64,000 bases of DNA, taken from the NCBI GenBank assembly GCA_976226885.1, contig OZ320314.1:88164001-88228000 (forward strand). The letters run 5' to 3'. The notes beneath the pieces were generated by a model that was not told where the DNA came from, ran no database searches, and saw only the letters and a program-made list of their open reading frames with translations. Below are positions 11,046 to 25,100 of this stretch, in pieces. Position 1 is the stretch's first letter; every line of letters starts with the position of its first letter. Made by a program: the position numbers and the translations under genes. This stretch comes from Iphione sp. A-MEVVRFRX5 (Eukaryota).

Positions 11046-14000
11046 GTGAGTGTAAAATGAAGATCACCGACCATATATATTCATGTATGTACTACGTTGG
11101 TGATATTAATAGCATGTTTCAAAAGAAAAGTCATTTTGTTGATTAGTCACGGGCACATGCAGACGCTGCTCCTGTTTATCAATTCCGTGAGAAGACATGG
11201 CTATCCTTTTAGGGGCCAGTCGGTGTGGTATATACAGTGGTAGTTTGGAGAATCCAGGTAGTGAGAGTGAGGGTTGACTGAGCTTTCCCTGAGCAGGTGG
11301 CCGTTCCTGTCGCCGCCCCCTCTCCCCCCAACTCCTGCTGGCTAGATGAGCACTCCCAACTGAACCATGCCAAGGTCTGGCCGCTTTTATTCGAGCTACT
11401 TGATTTATGGGATGTGCTCGAGCATCTCGTCGTCCAGATTTATGTGACCTACGCTGGCACATACACAATGTCTCATTTATTCGTGTGCTACGTTTGCGTT
11501 GCTGGGCCGGTGTGACTATGGCTGCCAGGTTAATGAAGGATGAAAATCACCTTTTAAGGTACTTAGACACGGCGTGGTCCTTTTGAGACTCAGTATAAAG
11601 AAAGTGACCAAGAGTGAAATTTGATTTCAACCTATAGCTTGGATTGAAAGAAGGTCAGTAACGGAGTGGTGATAGGGCTGTTGTAGAAACATTCCCATAG
11701 AAGTCACTGTATCAGTAAAGCAGGTTTAACTGTGTCTTTCTCAGTTTTTGAACCTTTGAATAAATTTAATCTATGTGTTTGAGATATGTGATTGTCGCAG
11801 AAACGGAATGTGACCTTGTAACAGGCTATAGTTTAAAAAATATTAATTGGGATAGAGAAAAAGAACGGTTGTCTGGGCATTTGCAGCGTAGAATCTACTC
11901 CAGCCGTATTACCTTTGTTTTATACTACCTAGGTGAACGGTAGCATTGAGGTCGACGTTGAAAGGGTTTGGTGTAAGAGATCAGACGTGTTAGCTCTTGA
12001 ACGACATGAACCTGCCCCCTACCGGCGTTTGCCTGAAGCACAATGCTTCCCGCACGCCCAGCTAATCTTCAGTAATGAGTGCTAAGCTGTCCTCATCTCG
12101 GCGCCACCTCACCCGAAATATATCAAAGACCACCGCATCACCCAGGATGATCCTCTTAGCAGAGACTTTATATTTTTTCGCCCATTATTTTGGGATTGAG
12201 TGCTTGTTGCTTTTTATTGTCGACACAAAGCCCCTAGTGTTGTGAGTAAACAGTGGCGAAAGGTAGACCAGGGATCAACTCAAAGCCACAAGATATAAGG
12301 GCCAGCAGTGTACGATGAGAGCAAAGGCGAAGAGGAATTACAATGTTATTTATGGAGTTAGAACTAGAGAAAAGTTGATATTTTCACCCCGACAAGTTCA
12401 TGTCTTATTTTTCAAGATAAACCTAGCCTGTGGTCGAGACCATATTCCATCATTGTCCATCTGCGCATCACCGTTGGGTCCTTTGAATCTGGAACATTTC
12501 GCAGAATACAGTGACAAAAATCTGCTTGAAACACATACAAATGTAAATCTGTTGCGCACAGGGGGGCAGGAATCTTCATGTCTCCTGCAGCTGGTTCGTG
12601 CGCGTCCTCCCGATACTAACAGTGTGGATTGAGAATGCGAAGGTGATGAGAAAGATATGAATGGACAGGGATGGATGGGTGGCTAGAACCCTTCACGGCA
12701 TTTGCAGCGTGACATGAACGCAGAGGTCACCCGTTGGCCTGTCATCATGTTGACACAGGCGGCCAACCAGAACAGCGGACCACCTTGCAATGTTTGCCGT
12801 TCGTTTTCATCACCTTTTATTTCCCTGTCACTTGTGTTTCAACAAGAATAACACATGTGTAGACGATTGGTTTAAATAGGGTGGTAATTAGCGTCAATTT
12901 GTTCGATGGTTGTTTCACAATCACCTCGTCTTTCCAAACTTTGCTTGTTGACCGTTAATGGTTCTTGTGAAACTTGGGAAATCGTGACCCACTTTCTACT
13001 AATCCTATAGAGTTTGTTCACTTTTCAATCAAGAAACCGTCGGAACGTCGGTGGCATTTAGGAGCAAATTCCGCCTCAGTTACTACTGAATAACGGACTC
13101 TCCCCCCCCCCCCTCCCTACAATAGTACTGATCGATATGTAATAACGCAAGTGAAATGCCCTGCGCCTCGACAAACAGAAGTAATTGGGCTGCATGGAAT
13201 TGATCTGCATGAATGTATTTTCTACCACAGATTACACAGGGAAAGACCCTATTCATGTATGTCGTAGTTACCTGCCAAAATATGAATGTCCTACCGGCTT
13301 TCTAACCCGACAGCGCCAGATATTATACCACACCTGGATAGAGACGAGGCCAGTCGAGTTTTCAAGACTGAAGTTTTATTCGATGCCAACACATCAAAGT
13401 GGAAGCCATTTGTTCCCAACAAATCACCAAGTATTCCGCTTTTAATCTTTGATAGTAGCTTCGTGTCTGACGACGCAGCAATGTCAGGCATGGCGGTCCC
13501 AACATCAAAGCATCTCGCCACGCGTGAATGATTGTGAGGGTGTGTGCTTTACTGAGCACGTTAATGACGGTCGCATGCGTCTTGGTGTTGTGTACTGTGT
13601 GTTAAGATGCTGCCGCGCTTACACTGCCCATCGTCTCATCAAGGAGGGGGACCTCTCATCTCTTTAGCGCCACCAGCTCTAGTCTCAGGTCAGGCGGAAC
13701 GATTGATAGCCGCCAAGGTGCAACTTTCACTCGGCCGAGGAAATTCATCATGGATAGGCTGCTGGTGTGTGTGTGTGTGGGGGGGGCATAGCCTACGTGC
13801 ATCCTTTTAGAAATTACTACCCACACCTGGACCGGGGGCGGCATAGGCAAGCGTACAGCCGTGCAATTTAACTAAACGATATATTACGAACACTCATCCC
13901 ACAGCTGAATATCTATTGCCTGGTTAATGATACAATGAATGCTGTTCACTTCTCTTTTTGCCAAAGAATGAAGAGAATGGCATAGGATCCATATCAAGCT

Positions 14001-15702
14001 CTGATGTAATATATACATTCTGTGATATGTAAACTAACAAGTTTTTTTTAGTACACTTAAAGTTCCAAGCCTCTATATGTTTTGGTCCACGGCCTTTAAG
14101 AAGATGTTAGTGGGAAACTTATGAGTGGGGATCTTGTGAGTCTATCTACTTCTTAGCCATTAGATCAAATGTCCTAATGTTTGACTAACACATTCTGCCC
14201 ATCTTGGTACCAGCTTATTTTGATATAATTTCAAGTTATACTAAAATCAGAAAGAGGGAGAAATATATACTCAAAGTGCAAAGGATATAGATTGCTCACC
14301 CGGGGAGAACCAATTAGTTCCATTTGCTTGGACAGGTGGTAGGGAATTATAGACCTCACAGGTCCTCTTTTTTGTTCTTTGTGGCCTTTTGGCAACTATT
14401 TATAGATGATGAGGATCAGACAGGAACAGGGCATGTCTTGGATTCGGTCTGTTTCCTTGGAGTTTTCTTTTACCAAGAAATCTCAATCCTACCTATAGGG
14501 TAAGCCACATCCCCGTAGTGCCTCAATGGGTCCAGTCAAGCGGTCTCTTATAAGCCACGACCTGTCTTAAGTGACCTGTGGAAGCGCAGGGTCAGCTTGA
14601 GGTTACCGTCTGTACCGTGATGACTTTTCGGGAAGTCCTTAAAGACCTCAGAGGACACGTGATCCAAGCATAATAACGTGCCTACTACCTAGTGAAAAAA
14701 ACGGAATTTGGATTATTATACCTTACAAGCTGTTCATGCAGCGCTGCGGACTGAAGCAACATCAAAACCTCGTAAAACAACAGAAGAAATTAAAAAGAAA
14801 CATGTTCATCTTGTGAAAGATAACGTAGTATTAGCAGTTACTGGACCCCTTCGTGTTAGATAGAACCCCTCAAGCTATTTTCCTATTGTTTTCGACAAAG
14901 CTCGATCTTCTCCATCTTGCTTCAGGACATATGTGTGTCCTATTGTTTGTTAATAAGTGTTACATTGTTGCTTTCGTGCAAAATTGTTTCAAACGGGAAA
15001 CCAATTCAGCCAACACATCCTATTATTCCCCTACATTTATTTTCGAATCGTTTACATGATAAGTACATGTAGTCAGAAGCAGGGTGACCTTTCCATACAC
15101 CTGATTTTATGATTTATGCGTGAAATGACAAATGACTGACAGCAAGTACTTTATAGTGCATAATTCTGATGCTACGTTAATTAAGGACGCCTGTACCCAG
15201 GGGCTGTGTTTTATAGTATCATTGGTGGACAGATGGTCCCACACGTAGGACAATGATCGCAGCTTCTACGGCATTGGTTAATTGCTATTCATTTAAATAG
15301 CAGTGACCTAAATTAGCATCATCCATCGTTCAGACCGAAGCGTTTTACGTTCGCATGCAAAATACCTGGTTCCCAACTGGAGAAAAATTGCCTCCAACCG
15401 GCTGTAATGCAACACATATTTATACACTAAAAAAATACACACTTATACTCTTGCAAACATCTTACCTAGTAGTTAAGGGAGGGCATGTTATATGTACATA
15501 TTAGAAGCGCGAGACACACGTGTATCAGATGCTAAATTTATTACTGACTGTACACCTGGAAGTCTTCGCGGTGATAACCATATATTCGTACAAGTAACAC
15601 CATCCTGTCGACAACCTTTCCAGCCGATATTTGCACACAATACCAAAGGTTTGCGCATTGTGTCTAACCATTATTGTGGGTTACGCACGTTCCTCAATAA
15701 CC

Positions 15703-15945
15703 ATGCTTCGAATCGCAATTCCGGCCGCAGCTGCCTCCACCCGGAAACAGCCAACAAGAGCCTCTTCTGATCTACGCTTCAATGTGCGGAAAGCAACTGC
15801 CTGTGTTATTACCGCCCATTGCAATAATGAAGAGAATCTGTTGCGTAGGAAAGACCAATCAAGAGGTTTGGATGGGTTGTCCCAAGAGGAGGCTAGCAAA
15901 CATCAAAGGCGCCGAGTTCCCACACCTGTGCCCTCGCATACTCAG
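15703..15945 (+). CDS. Candidate first coding exon (81 aa, MLRIAIPAAAASTRKQ...RRVPTPVPSHTQ, phase 0)
   Basis: aaccATG context, open frame, strong donor CAG|gtgagt. Phase 0 would need an intervening 0-to-1 exon or splicing to 43253. Confidence 0.3.
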
Positions 15946-18900
15946 GTGAGTCATCTTTGTCTGCGAAGTCCGAAAGGACACAGATGGATTTTTCCCCAAC
16001 AACTAAACCTTTTCACGTCGATTAGTTTAGCATACATTTAGAATGGGTTTTGCTTCTGTGAAACTGCTTGAACCACACAGGGTCCGTGGGCCTTTTGGTT
16101 GAAATATGCCCCGGTCAGAGGAACATGGGTTCTACCGTACATTAGGCTCGGTAGACATCATTTGTGCACCATTCGCCTCTTACAGCTTGCTCATGCCCAA
16201 CTGTGTTGTTAGGAGTTCTCCTTGCATGAAGCTTCGATGAGTACATATATCGCTATACAGCTTTGACGACAGAGTTATCCTAAAGCGGAGGACATTTGTA
16301 GCACCATTGTTGTTAGGCAGCACCTCATATGGGGACGTCAGGGGGCCCTCTCCTCTCAGCTTGAGAGGCCACTCGGCCGTGGAGTGGCTGTAGCCAGGCA
16401 GGTTATCACAGTTACCTGGGCACACGCCATGTACTTATCTCACATGATAACAGCGCCAGCGGCTACTAACCGACACTTCCACATGCTGAACTGCCTCCTG
16501 CTAGTAGTGGCCAGCACCAACGACTCCACCTGGCACATTTTATAACATATGCCACTCTCTGTCAGGGCATTACGATTTTCAGTCTCTATGAATAATTACA
16601 TGTAGGCCTACACATGTGCAAAAAATATAAAACCTGGTCATAGCACTGATCCTGGATGTGGAAATTTCATTGGTTCCCCTTATATTGAGCGAATTTCCTT
16701 CTAAGAATACATGTACACTTTTTACAGATGTACGCATTTAAAACTCTATTGCTTCAAATTTGGAAAAAGGGGAACACATACTAAGCCTACTTAATTGTAG
16801 CCCAAGGTTTGCGTTACGTGTGTTCAGTTTTACTTCATATATGTGGCTTTCATTGAATCGATAGAATGGGTTTCGTTAAGATGTATATATTCATTTGAAT
16901 GTTGGCGGTAGTTTGGTAGAGCAGTAATTTTGTTCAAGCCCGTTTTTTTTCAGTTCGTTCTGAATATGAATGTGATGTACATGTACGTGTTTATAGGAGA
17001 CATAAACATTTTTATATTCGTGTATAAATACGAAGTTATTGCCGTTAGTTAATAATAAGCTGCCAACGATTTATTGAACTACCTGTAAGCTATGTGATAA
17101 TAGAGTAACTAACTGAATTTGCGGTTTTATGTGTTTTATACATACGTTTACATGTACATAAAAAATACGTTCGATGCAATGTTTTATTAAGTAAATTACA
17201 ATCAGAGGTATGCAGCTTGACTGCCTGGGGCCCATCTCCATAATGAACAGGGTGAGACAAGGAGCTGCAATTTTGCACTCAGACGGGAAAAAAAACTAGG
17301 ATAGTGATTGGCATATGTGTGTCTGTGCCTCTTAGTTAGAGTGTGTGTATGTATGTGCGTGAGACGGGGGCTGGAGGGTAGCAAGGATGTAGAAGCTTGT
17401 CTGGCGGCTGTGCTGGGCCGAGCTAACATGCCAATGTTTCTCGCAGCTCCCCTGTTACCCTCGCCTGCCTATTGTGGGCCGCTGTCTGGATGCCGTCCCC
17501 CTGGGCCTTCCTGTGGCTGCCTGCTGACAAGTGCCCATGAACGTGCCTTTTGATGTTGGCCCCAGGTAAGCTCATAATATGCCCGATTATATGGCATAAT
17601 TACGGAAGCCTTTGTTTCAGAGTGGCTACTGATACTTTAGAACCCCGCCCCCCCGCCCTTTTGATTAGGACCTAAGTGGTTTTGATTAGAAACAAAGAGC
17701 ACTCGCAGTGCTTGGTGGCGGCAGTCGTGTTTCCGTAAACTAACTTCGGGAAGGATTAAGGTCAAGAGGACGCTACCGATGGACGCCATTCGCCCAGGAA
17801 CATATATTAAGATCAACGCCATGAAAGCTGTAGTTGCGACCTTATGTAATGTTTGAGATTTTTGAAAACCAAAATGTAGTCTAGTTTTGTGACTGTTTGA
17901 ATATCGGTTCTGATCCTGATTCCCAGGCTCCGAGACCGACCTGGGACAAAGGCCTCTCTAGAAAGTAGCATCTCTAGGGTCTCTGACCGGGATTAGCATT
18001 GTATTTGGTAGCAGAGCCTGTGTGTCTGGACACCCGGCTGAGAAACCGGCTGGTGGGATGGGTCCATGGCTTAAAGTCTTCTGAGGTGTCACAAACAAGC
18101 ATCGAGGCGCGTGAAGGACGTTTTAATCGGAGCTTAAGCATGGAGGACAGTTATGTGCAGCGCTCGATGGTGGCTGTGCAGCCTTCTCCGTGTCATGTAG
18201 ACAATGGGAACGAACCTGTCCTTGGGCATAAACAAAAACACCCCCCACCCCCAATCACCTCCGAGCTGTCATGCGTGGTTGTGTTTTTTTTTCGTCGTCT
18301 CTCCCCGTAAGGTGGTGCATGCTGTCAGGGCGAAGGTTTCACATTGGATCTGGCCGATGGTGCAGGTGGGTTGTTGCTCGGTCCAAAGTCCTCCCTCAGC
18401 GTTCCAGTCTGATCAATACGAACTGGTTGAGAGGCCCAGAGATCCGGGCCTGTTGTCACTGCTCCATGTAACCGCACACTGACCGGATTATCTCACGTTG
18501 GCCGAGCGGATTTACATTGCCCTCTCCAACAGGGTCAGCAGCACGCGAAATACAGAACGACTTTGGACTTACAAACTGGTGACTTAGGACTCTATGCCCG
18601 CGTTCTTTCAAGGGACCACTTTTTGGGTAAGGTGATATTTAGTCGACTTTACAGCTTATCGATTCAGCAATGAATGTCAACAAGATCGCCGCAGTGAAGT
18701 CGCTGTTCCTGCACTGGGGGTGCAGCCTTTCCCACTGCATTCTTTGAAACCTCTAAGTGTGTGTTAGGATAAAATTAGGTTTGGTGAGAGTAAAACCGTT
18801 CGTGAAAAATAATGATGGCAAGGTAGTTAATGTGCCCTTTGATATTTTGAAACCCAGTCACGGTGGAATTCAGTTTTTCAACAACACGGAAAAAATACGG

Positions 18901-19862
18901 GTCAAGCAAAATAACCATATAACTACCAGTCTAGATAGGTTGAAATAGGGAGGGTTTTTAGAAGAGCTATGGAATATCCACTCGTTGGGATTTCTTAATG
19001 AATATTTTAGGTATGTTGAATATCTAACGAGGGCAATGAGTGTCGTCGTTCTTGCGAAATGACGGTAATTTTAGAGCCTGGTAAAATTAATGAACAATTT
19101 GGCTTGCCATGCGGCCAAACGCACGCAGGAAACGATCGTTGACATACAATGCAGAAATAATTATACCCCCGCCCCGTAGTGTGGTCCTGAAAGATGATGA
19201 ACCAATTAGAATTGTACAAAATACACACTTTATTTGACAACCATGCCGGTAAGGCTGTAGTTCTAATTGCAACCACGAAGCAATGTTATTACATAGGCCA
19301 CTGCTATGACAGTAACCTTGCCAGAGGGATACTTACAAAAGTGGATATTAATTATTCTTCTGAAGGCTTAACTAGTAGTTGTGCACTACCCAGCGCGGAG
19401 GGTTAGTACCGTGGTTTAGAGCCAGGGCAGGCCGCTTGTCACGTGTGCGTTGAGTTCAATGAAATATTACTTTGACATATGTGCCTCTGATTCCACAGCC
19501 GTTACAATACGTCTTCTCAGTCTGAAGGCAATACGTCGGCAAATCCGCGAGTAGGACTCTCGGAATTTTTTTTTCTGTTTACACCAGCGTGTTTTGGGCG
19601 AAAGGGTAGAGACGCCAGGAGACGAGTTTGTCATTGGCTGAGAGACTTGTGGTTATTTTTATATGTATGCAACAGTGGAAATAAGTTATCGCATATTGAG
19701 TTAGTCCATGAGTAGAGAAGATCACAGTTGTCGGTTGCTAGTTCATATATTAATGCAGTGTTTTGTAAAATGTGGCCCTGCCACTATCCTTCAGTGGGTT
19801 ATTGAGGGCAAAGTGAAGTGAGGTATCCACTCATTCATATGATTTCGTGCATGTTCCCTCAG

Positions 19863-20001
19863 TACATGGCTGTCTCTGTTTCCATGGCGACCCCGTCCTA
19901 TTTCACGAACCCACAGAGCGCCCGAGCCGCTCTCGCTGAGCAAATGAGATGGAAATGCAAATTCTGGCAAAAGCGCTCATTGTGCCTTCTCTCGGTTCAC
20001 C
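19863..20001 (+). CDS. Candidate phase 0-to-1 exon (YMAVSVSMATPSYFTNPQSARAALAEQMRWKCKFWQKRSLCLLSVH)
   Basis: Acceptor gtgcatgttccctcag, moderate donor C|gtgaga. It would bridge 15945 to 31650 in frame. WQKRSLCLL loosely resembles the W..[RK][YF]C[IV]L first PH half of the family. Confidence 0.2.
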
Positions 20002-22071
20002 GTGAGAGAGGGAGTGCACCATTCGTCCATAGAGCTCTGGAGGCCCCAACTACACAGTCCAACATATTGGTCAGAACCTGTTGTTAGAACATATGGATCA
20101 AAGCAAGGGTGGGTGGGTCTTTACCAGAATGGACTTGGTCGTTATTGGCTCAGATTACGGGTGTTTGGGATCAGCACGGCACTGGTTACACACCTGGTTA
20201 TTACAGAGTCGGTGCTTAAAGGCGCACTGCAGGAACTGTTGCCAGAAAATATCATTATAATGTCGCGGTCGAGGCTCAGCTGCACCTTTCCTTCTTTGGT
20301 CAGTAGACAATATCAAAGTCTCCCTTAGTGAATTATATGTGTTATCTTGTAAATCTTGGTGACGTTATGTGCAAATCATGCAATGGCAAGACCCGGTTTA
20401 ATCATGGTAAATGACAGTTGTATCAAATGTCAATAGCCATGGATATGTACAGGTAGTTAACATGGTTGAGTTCGATGAAAAAATCCACACGAGATCTTAG
20501 GAATGGGGGAAAGCGAGGGCTAGGAGAGGACCAACAAACAGTGCGACAGGCAGACACATGGAGAGAAAGAAGAGTGTTAGACTAAGGAAGAGTTGTGAAA
20601 AATGCTGTACATGTACTTGTGCTGGCAAATGTTCACCCGCATCAAATTAAGGCATCAGGAAGTAGTAGAAGATGCAAAAGCGGTGAGAGGCTTGCAACGC
20701 CTTTTTTAAACTTGGGACGATAGAAGCAATGGTGAGAGGAGAGGACTAATGAACTCTTAACATGCTACAGGTCCATTCTTCAACGAAACAGGTGGTCCTG
20801 CTTTTGAGAGTGAAAGGTGTGCGGGGAAGAGAGGACCCCGCCCCTGCCGCTTCGTGCACGGCCTCTCCTCACCCGAAGGGCGGTTCATCATATTACTGCA
20901 CCTTATCGTAGGGGACCCTTGTCTGTCATAGTTAAAATTAATAGGGTCAGTCCTGGTAAATGAATTGGCTTACAGGTTATCAGAAAAGAACGTGACGTTC
21001 CCCGAGGTTCTGTGGTTTCTCTGTGGTAAATACTCACCAATTATCTACTCAGTTCTTTTTTTTGTCTACTAAAGCCTCTTTGGGAATGATGTATAACTCT
21101 AGGTCGAACCGATAGTGAATATTATCTTTCAGAAGACACAGGCTGCTTGAGAGGGTGAGAAAGGAGGAACCCCCTTCGTCGTATACTTGTCTCCCAACTG
21201 CCCTTATCTGATTTCATCCACAACTTATTGATCATGTCACCTGCTTCCTTATCACTCTCCGTATTACTCATTGGTGGGAGTAGATAGTAGAGGGACACCA
21301 CCAACGTGACGCTAGAGGCCGAGGTGTACGTCAGCGACTCGCTTGTAGATTGCCACCCAGCACGCCCCACCAAGATACAAAAACCAGGAGAAGGCATGCT
21401 AATAGGCAGGTCTAATGAGTGATCTGAAGGCTCCGAGGCGGAAGGATAGGAGGCGGCTGCTGTGATTTGCCTGAAGGATCAAAGGGAGCATCAGGTCATG
21501 GATCAATCCGCAAGGCTAGCCGCGTCTGACACCGTGTGCGTGCCTTAGTACCACCTCCAGGTAGAGTAGGCCAGCGGAAAATAATATAAAACATTAAACC
21601 ATTATAAGCGTCGTTTGTGCTCTAGAAGATAAGCTCCCACAACGCTGAGAAGGCGGGGATGGTTTTTTGGATAAGGGTTATGCTCCGCATCTCATAGAAA
21701 GGTAGGTAGACCATTTAAAACATTTGCGGCCCCACGTTTAGGATGTACATCGTATGTGTGTATTGGTAATTTCGGAGCAGTGGCGCCTAATTCATGCCAT
21801 AAAACTGCCTCAGACTGAGTACTATGAGGCTAATAAACGTTTCACTCAATCATTTATCCGGTGGAAGGTCAAGCCAAAACGAGACAATTACCTGTCGCGG
21901 TTTCAGTCGCTACGCAGTGATCTACCATAACAATAGTGATCATGATTAAAGCTATTTGTGACGCTGATAGGTTTTTTATACTGATCGTCGGAATTACCTT
22001 TTCACCACATCCTTGTGCTGTATAATTAATCAACAGGAACAAAGTCGAGTACTTTCACCTCCCTATTAAAC

Positions 22072-22120
22072 ATGGTGAATCACGAACCAATTGATAATGC
22101 CATTTACCATTGTTTTAGGT
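22072..22120 (+). CDS. Candidate alternative first exon (MVNHEPIDNAIYHCFR, phase 1)
   Basis: aaacATGG Kozak context, donor T|gtaagt at 22121, phase 1 matches 31650. Confidence 0.3.
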
Positions 22121-25100
22121 GTAAGTAATCCTTTAAATGCTTCTGGTGTCATTTTCATACCATATGAAACGTAACTTACGAAACAACCCCCTTGAATAGC
22201 GGTATCTGTCCGTTACTGCACTGAACACTCTATTTAGTTACCTGTCTATAACCAATGTGGGCACGTGGGAATGAATTCCCGTAGGTATATAGACTGCCCT
22301 GTGGCAGTACGTTTCTTGTCAATGACTCCCAGACTCCCTTTAGTCCAGGCTTTGACCCTTCAAAAAAAAGCCAGATTGGCAGTGTTCTGTCGGGATAGAC
22401 ATGAACTTCTCGGTCTTACTTTGACCAGAGTCTTCGAGGTTCAAGTGTTTCATGTGAATGCCGACCCCGACCTGCCCCCTGGTCAACCATCAGCTCCTTG
22501 TAGAGTGCATGACCAAGTCCTGTTCTGCGAGTTGCCCCTTGACCCTCCTTCGTCCCCATACTATTGTCTCGTGTGGGTATCCATGTCTGTGCTGGGGTTC
22601 CCAGTCCGTGTGCGTGGGACCCGCCACGCTAACTACGGACAGCAAGGCTTACTATACATCTTCATCAGCTATTCTTGTGACCTGTGTCACCTGGTGTCCG
22701 TCCTGCTGTCCGTTGATATGTATGTGTGTGTATGCGTGGAGGCGGCGGGTTAACGAGACTTGCTACTGTCTGACCCATCAGCAATGATTAGGTCTACCAA
22801 GCTTGTTGTTCCCCATGCTGCATATTCAGGTCTTCATGCCGTTCCTGTCGCTGTCACTCATGATTTTTGCACCTTGACAGATGGGCCATGTTTTGGTCGC
22901 CATGTACAAAGGGTTATCTGATTGACTAGCCACGCAACTTTTAACAGGCTGCCTCCCCACGGAGCACATCCACCACCGACATCATGGATCTCTGGCGTGA
23001 TCTATTTAATCGTTTTTGAAGCCGTACTCTCATGGTGCATTCAGACAGTGGTAGTGGATAAAGGCTACGCTGAACGCAACAAAAAAGCCTGTTTTTATCC
23101 AAGGACGCACGCACCTCGCAACTCGGAATTGCAGGCAGCATGAGACGAATAATGAAGGGAAAAGATTTCCGTGTAATGGTAAACGTGTTAAATACATGTA
23201 CGTGTTTAGGCTGACGGACATGCACGTACTTGCTCTGTACTTGTATAATACATGTAGCTGCCTTGCAAATCATCATAATGTTACGTTAGAGTGGTTAGTT
23301 ATGTGCTTGGTCTATTCACTCGCGGCTGTCTTTCACACCTTCCGTACGGCTAAGGATCAGAGATCATTATCAGTCGGGATTGGCCTCTGTCCATCAAACG
23401 TTACCGAGCCAGCAGCCAATCCACTAACCTTCAGGGTCCAAGCCCTAAATCCTATGATAGGAAGTCGTGGGCCTCACTCTGCATCCCGCAAGTCGATCGT
23501 CTCTCCCTATCAGTTTATCTGTTTAGCTACTGAATTATGCACAATCCTGTGATGTACGCTGGAGATTCGAGGACTAATCAGCCTTTCTCACGAATGAGTC
23601 ATGGTTGACAAAATCATAAACTGTACATGTATTGCTGATAGGTTTTGTACTGGTTGTTTGAAATTTTAATTGCTCTTGTGATGTTTGCATGAAAATGTGC
23701 ATGCATACATACATGTAAACATTCTCACGCTTGCAGTCTGCTTTACGATTATATGTTCACTGCGACTTATCTTACATGAAACAATATCAAGACATAGCAT
23801 CACGCAAATTTGAGATTATAACGTACGTGTCTTGGCCATACGTCGTAACTACATGTAATTAAAACCATTCAGGTATCTTACTTTCTGAGACAATTTTTTT
23901 TTCAGTCTGGCCTCAGAAGTTCCATCGCCCAATATCAAAGTACCGTTGCCCGGGAGTCATGACAGTGCTGCTGTCACTTGCACACGAACCTGCACTTAGA
24001 ATGTAGTAGCGGGCTACACTGGATGTTTGAAGTTGTAATTAAGTTCATTTAAACTAGCGGCGTTCCGACTAAAATACAGGCTGAAATGCCGCCTGTACCA
24101 TCTAGAGCAGGCAGGTGAGACCTGCAGGTGTTAAAAGCCGGATACCCATATTACGGCGAGAGCAAGTGTTATACTCGTGGAAGCGTGTCGTGATGCTCTC
24201 ATACAATACTATAGACGCCATCAACAGTACCGGTAAATCAATACATTCAGCATAGTCAGTGTTTACCACCAAACCTACATTGATATGAGTAAGACTGACA
24301 GTCCTTCAGTGGCAGTAATCAATACATGGACACTGTGGCCATATTCGGTTAATTTTCTCTGATGGCGACCAATCTGGAGGCCTACATTGTGTACTCCTGG
24401 AGCACCCTCTTTGAAATATTTTCATGAGTAAACAGGTGGACGGCCACCATGTTGCTGCCTCGATGCGAACATGGAGTGATTAACATCAAATCTATATTAA
24501 GGTCGTAACTGGGGTTGATGGGCATGACGTTATACAAACGTAGTTCCAGCTGAATGTGGATTACGTTTTACATTCTGCTGCGTATGCAAAGGCATCTGAG
24601 GCAGTGTAATAGTCCCAGAAACAAAGCCTTACAGATGCCGCACTGCTTCCTGTGTACATGTATATATACGTTGTGTGAAGATTATTCTTGCACAGTGTGT
24701 ATTGCCTGTTTGGCAGAATGGAGATCTCCCACAGCACACAGTGACTTTCAATTAATTTTCTCTCGCTAGCTGCAAACAATATCATCGCCAGTCGGGCTTA
24801 TCTTGATAGCCTCAGGATTCAGTGAAGATCACTTAAGTTTTTGGTGAACAATTTGCTATTTTGTATGACACAGAACCAATTTAAAAAGAAAGAGACCTTG
24901 ACAATTTGCTTATCTTGATCATGGACCATTTTGCCTTGTGATGTTAATGATAGGGCATGTCGTTTAAACTGCAGTTCATATCCTGGTATGAATGTTCACG
25001 AACCACTTTTTCCATGCCCATCCCGCTCATTTAGAATGTAAATCGCCCACGTATTAAATTTGAAAATTGCCATTTCATGACTACTACCAGCTCTCTCCCT

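Noticed and set aside
13291-13531. Overlapping +/- ORFs; - frame LLSKIKSGILGDLL...SNK...CG resembling a LINE RT
   Set aside because: Spacing differs from RT at every block and the QGSxLGP motif is absent.
22119-22120. 2-nt micro-exon (ttgttttag|GT|gtaagt)
   Set aside because: It would shift the frame. The same donor is explained more simply by the ATG-22072 first-exon candidate.
22265-22787. 162-aa and 109-aa overlapping + ORFs
   Set aside because: No recognisable domain, no convincing splice sites, and they run into a GT microsatellite.
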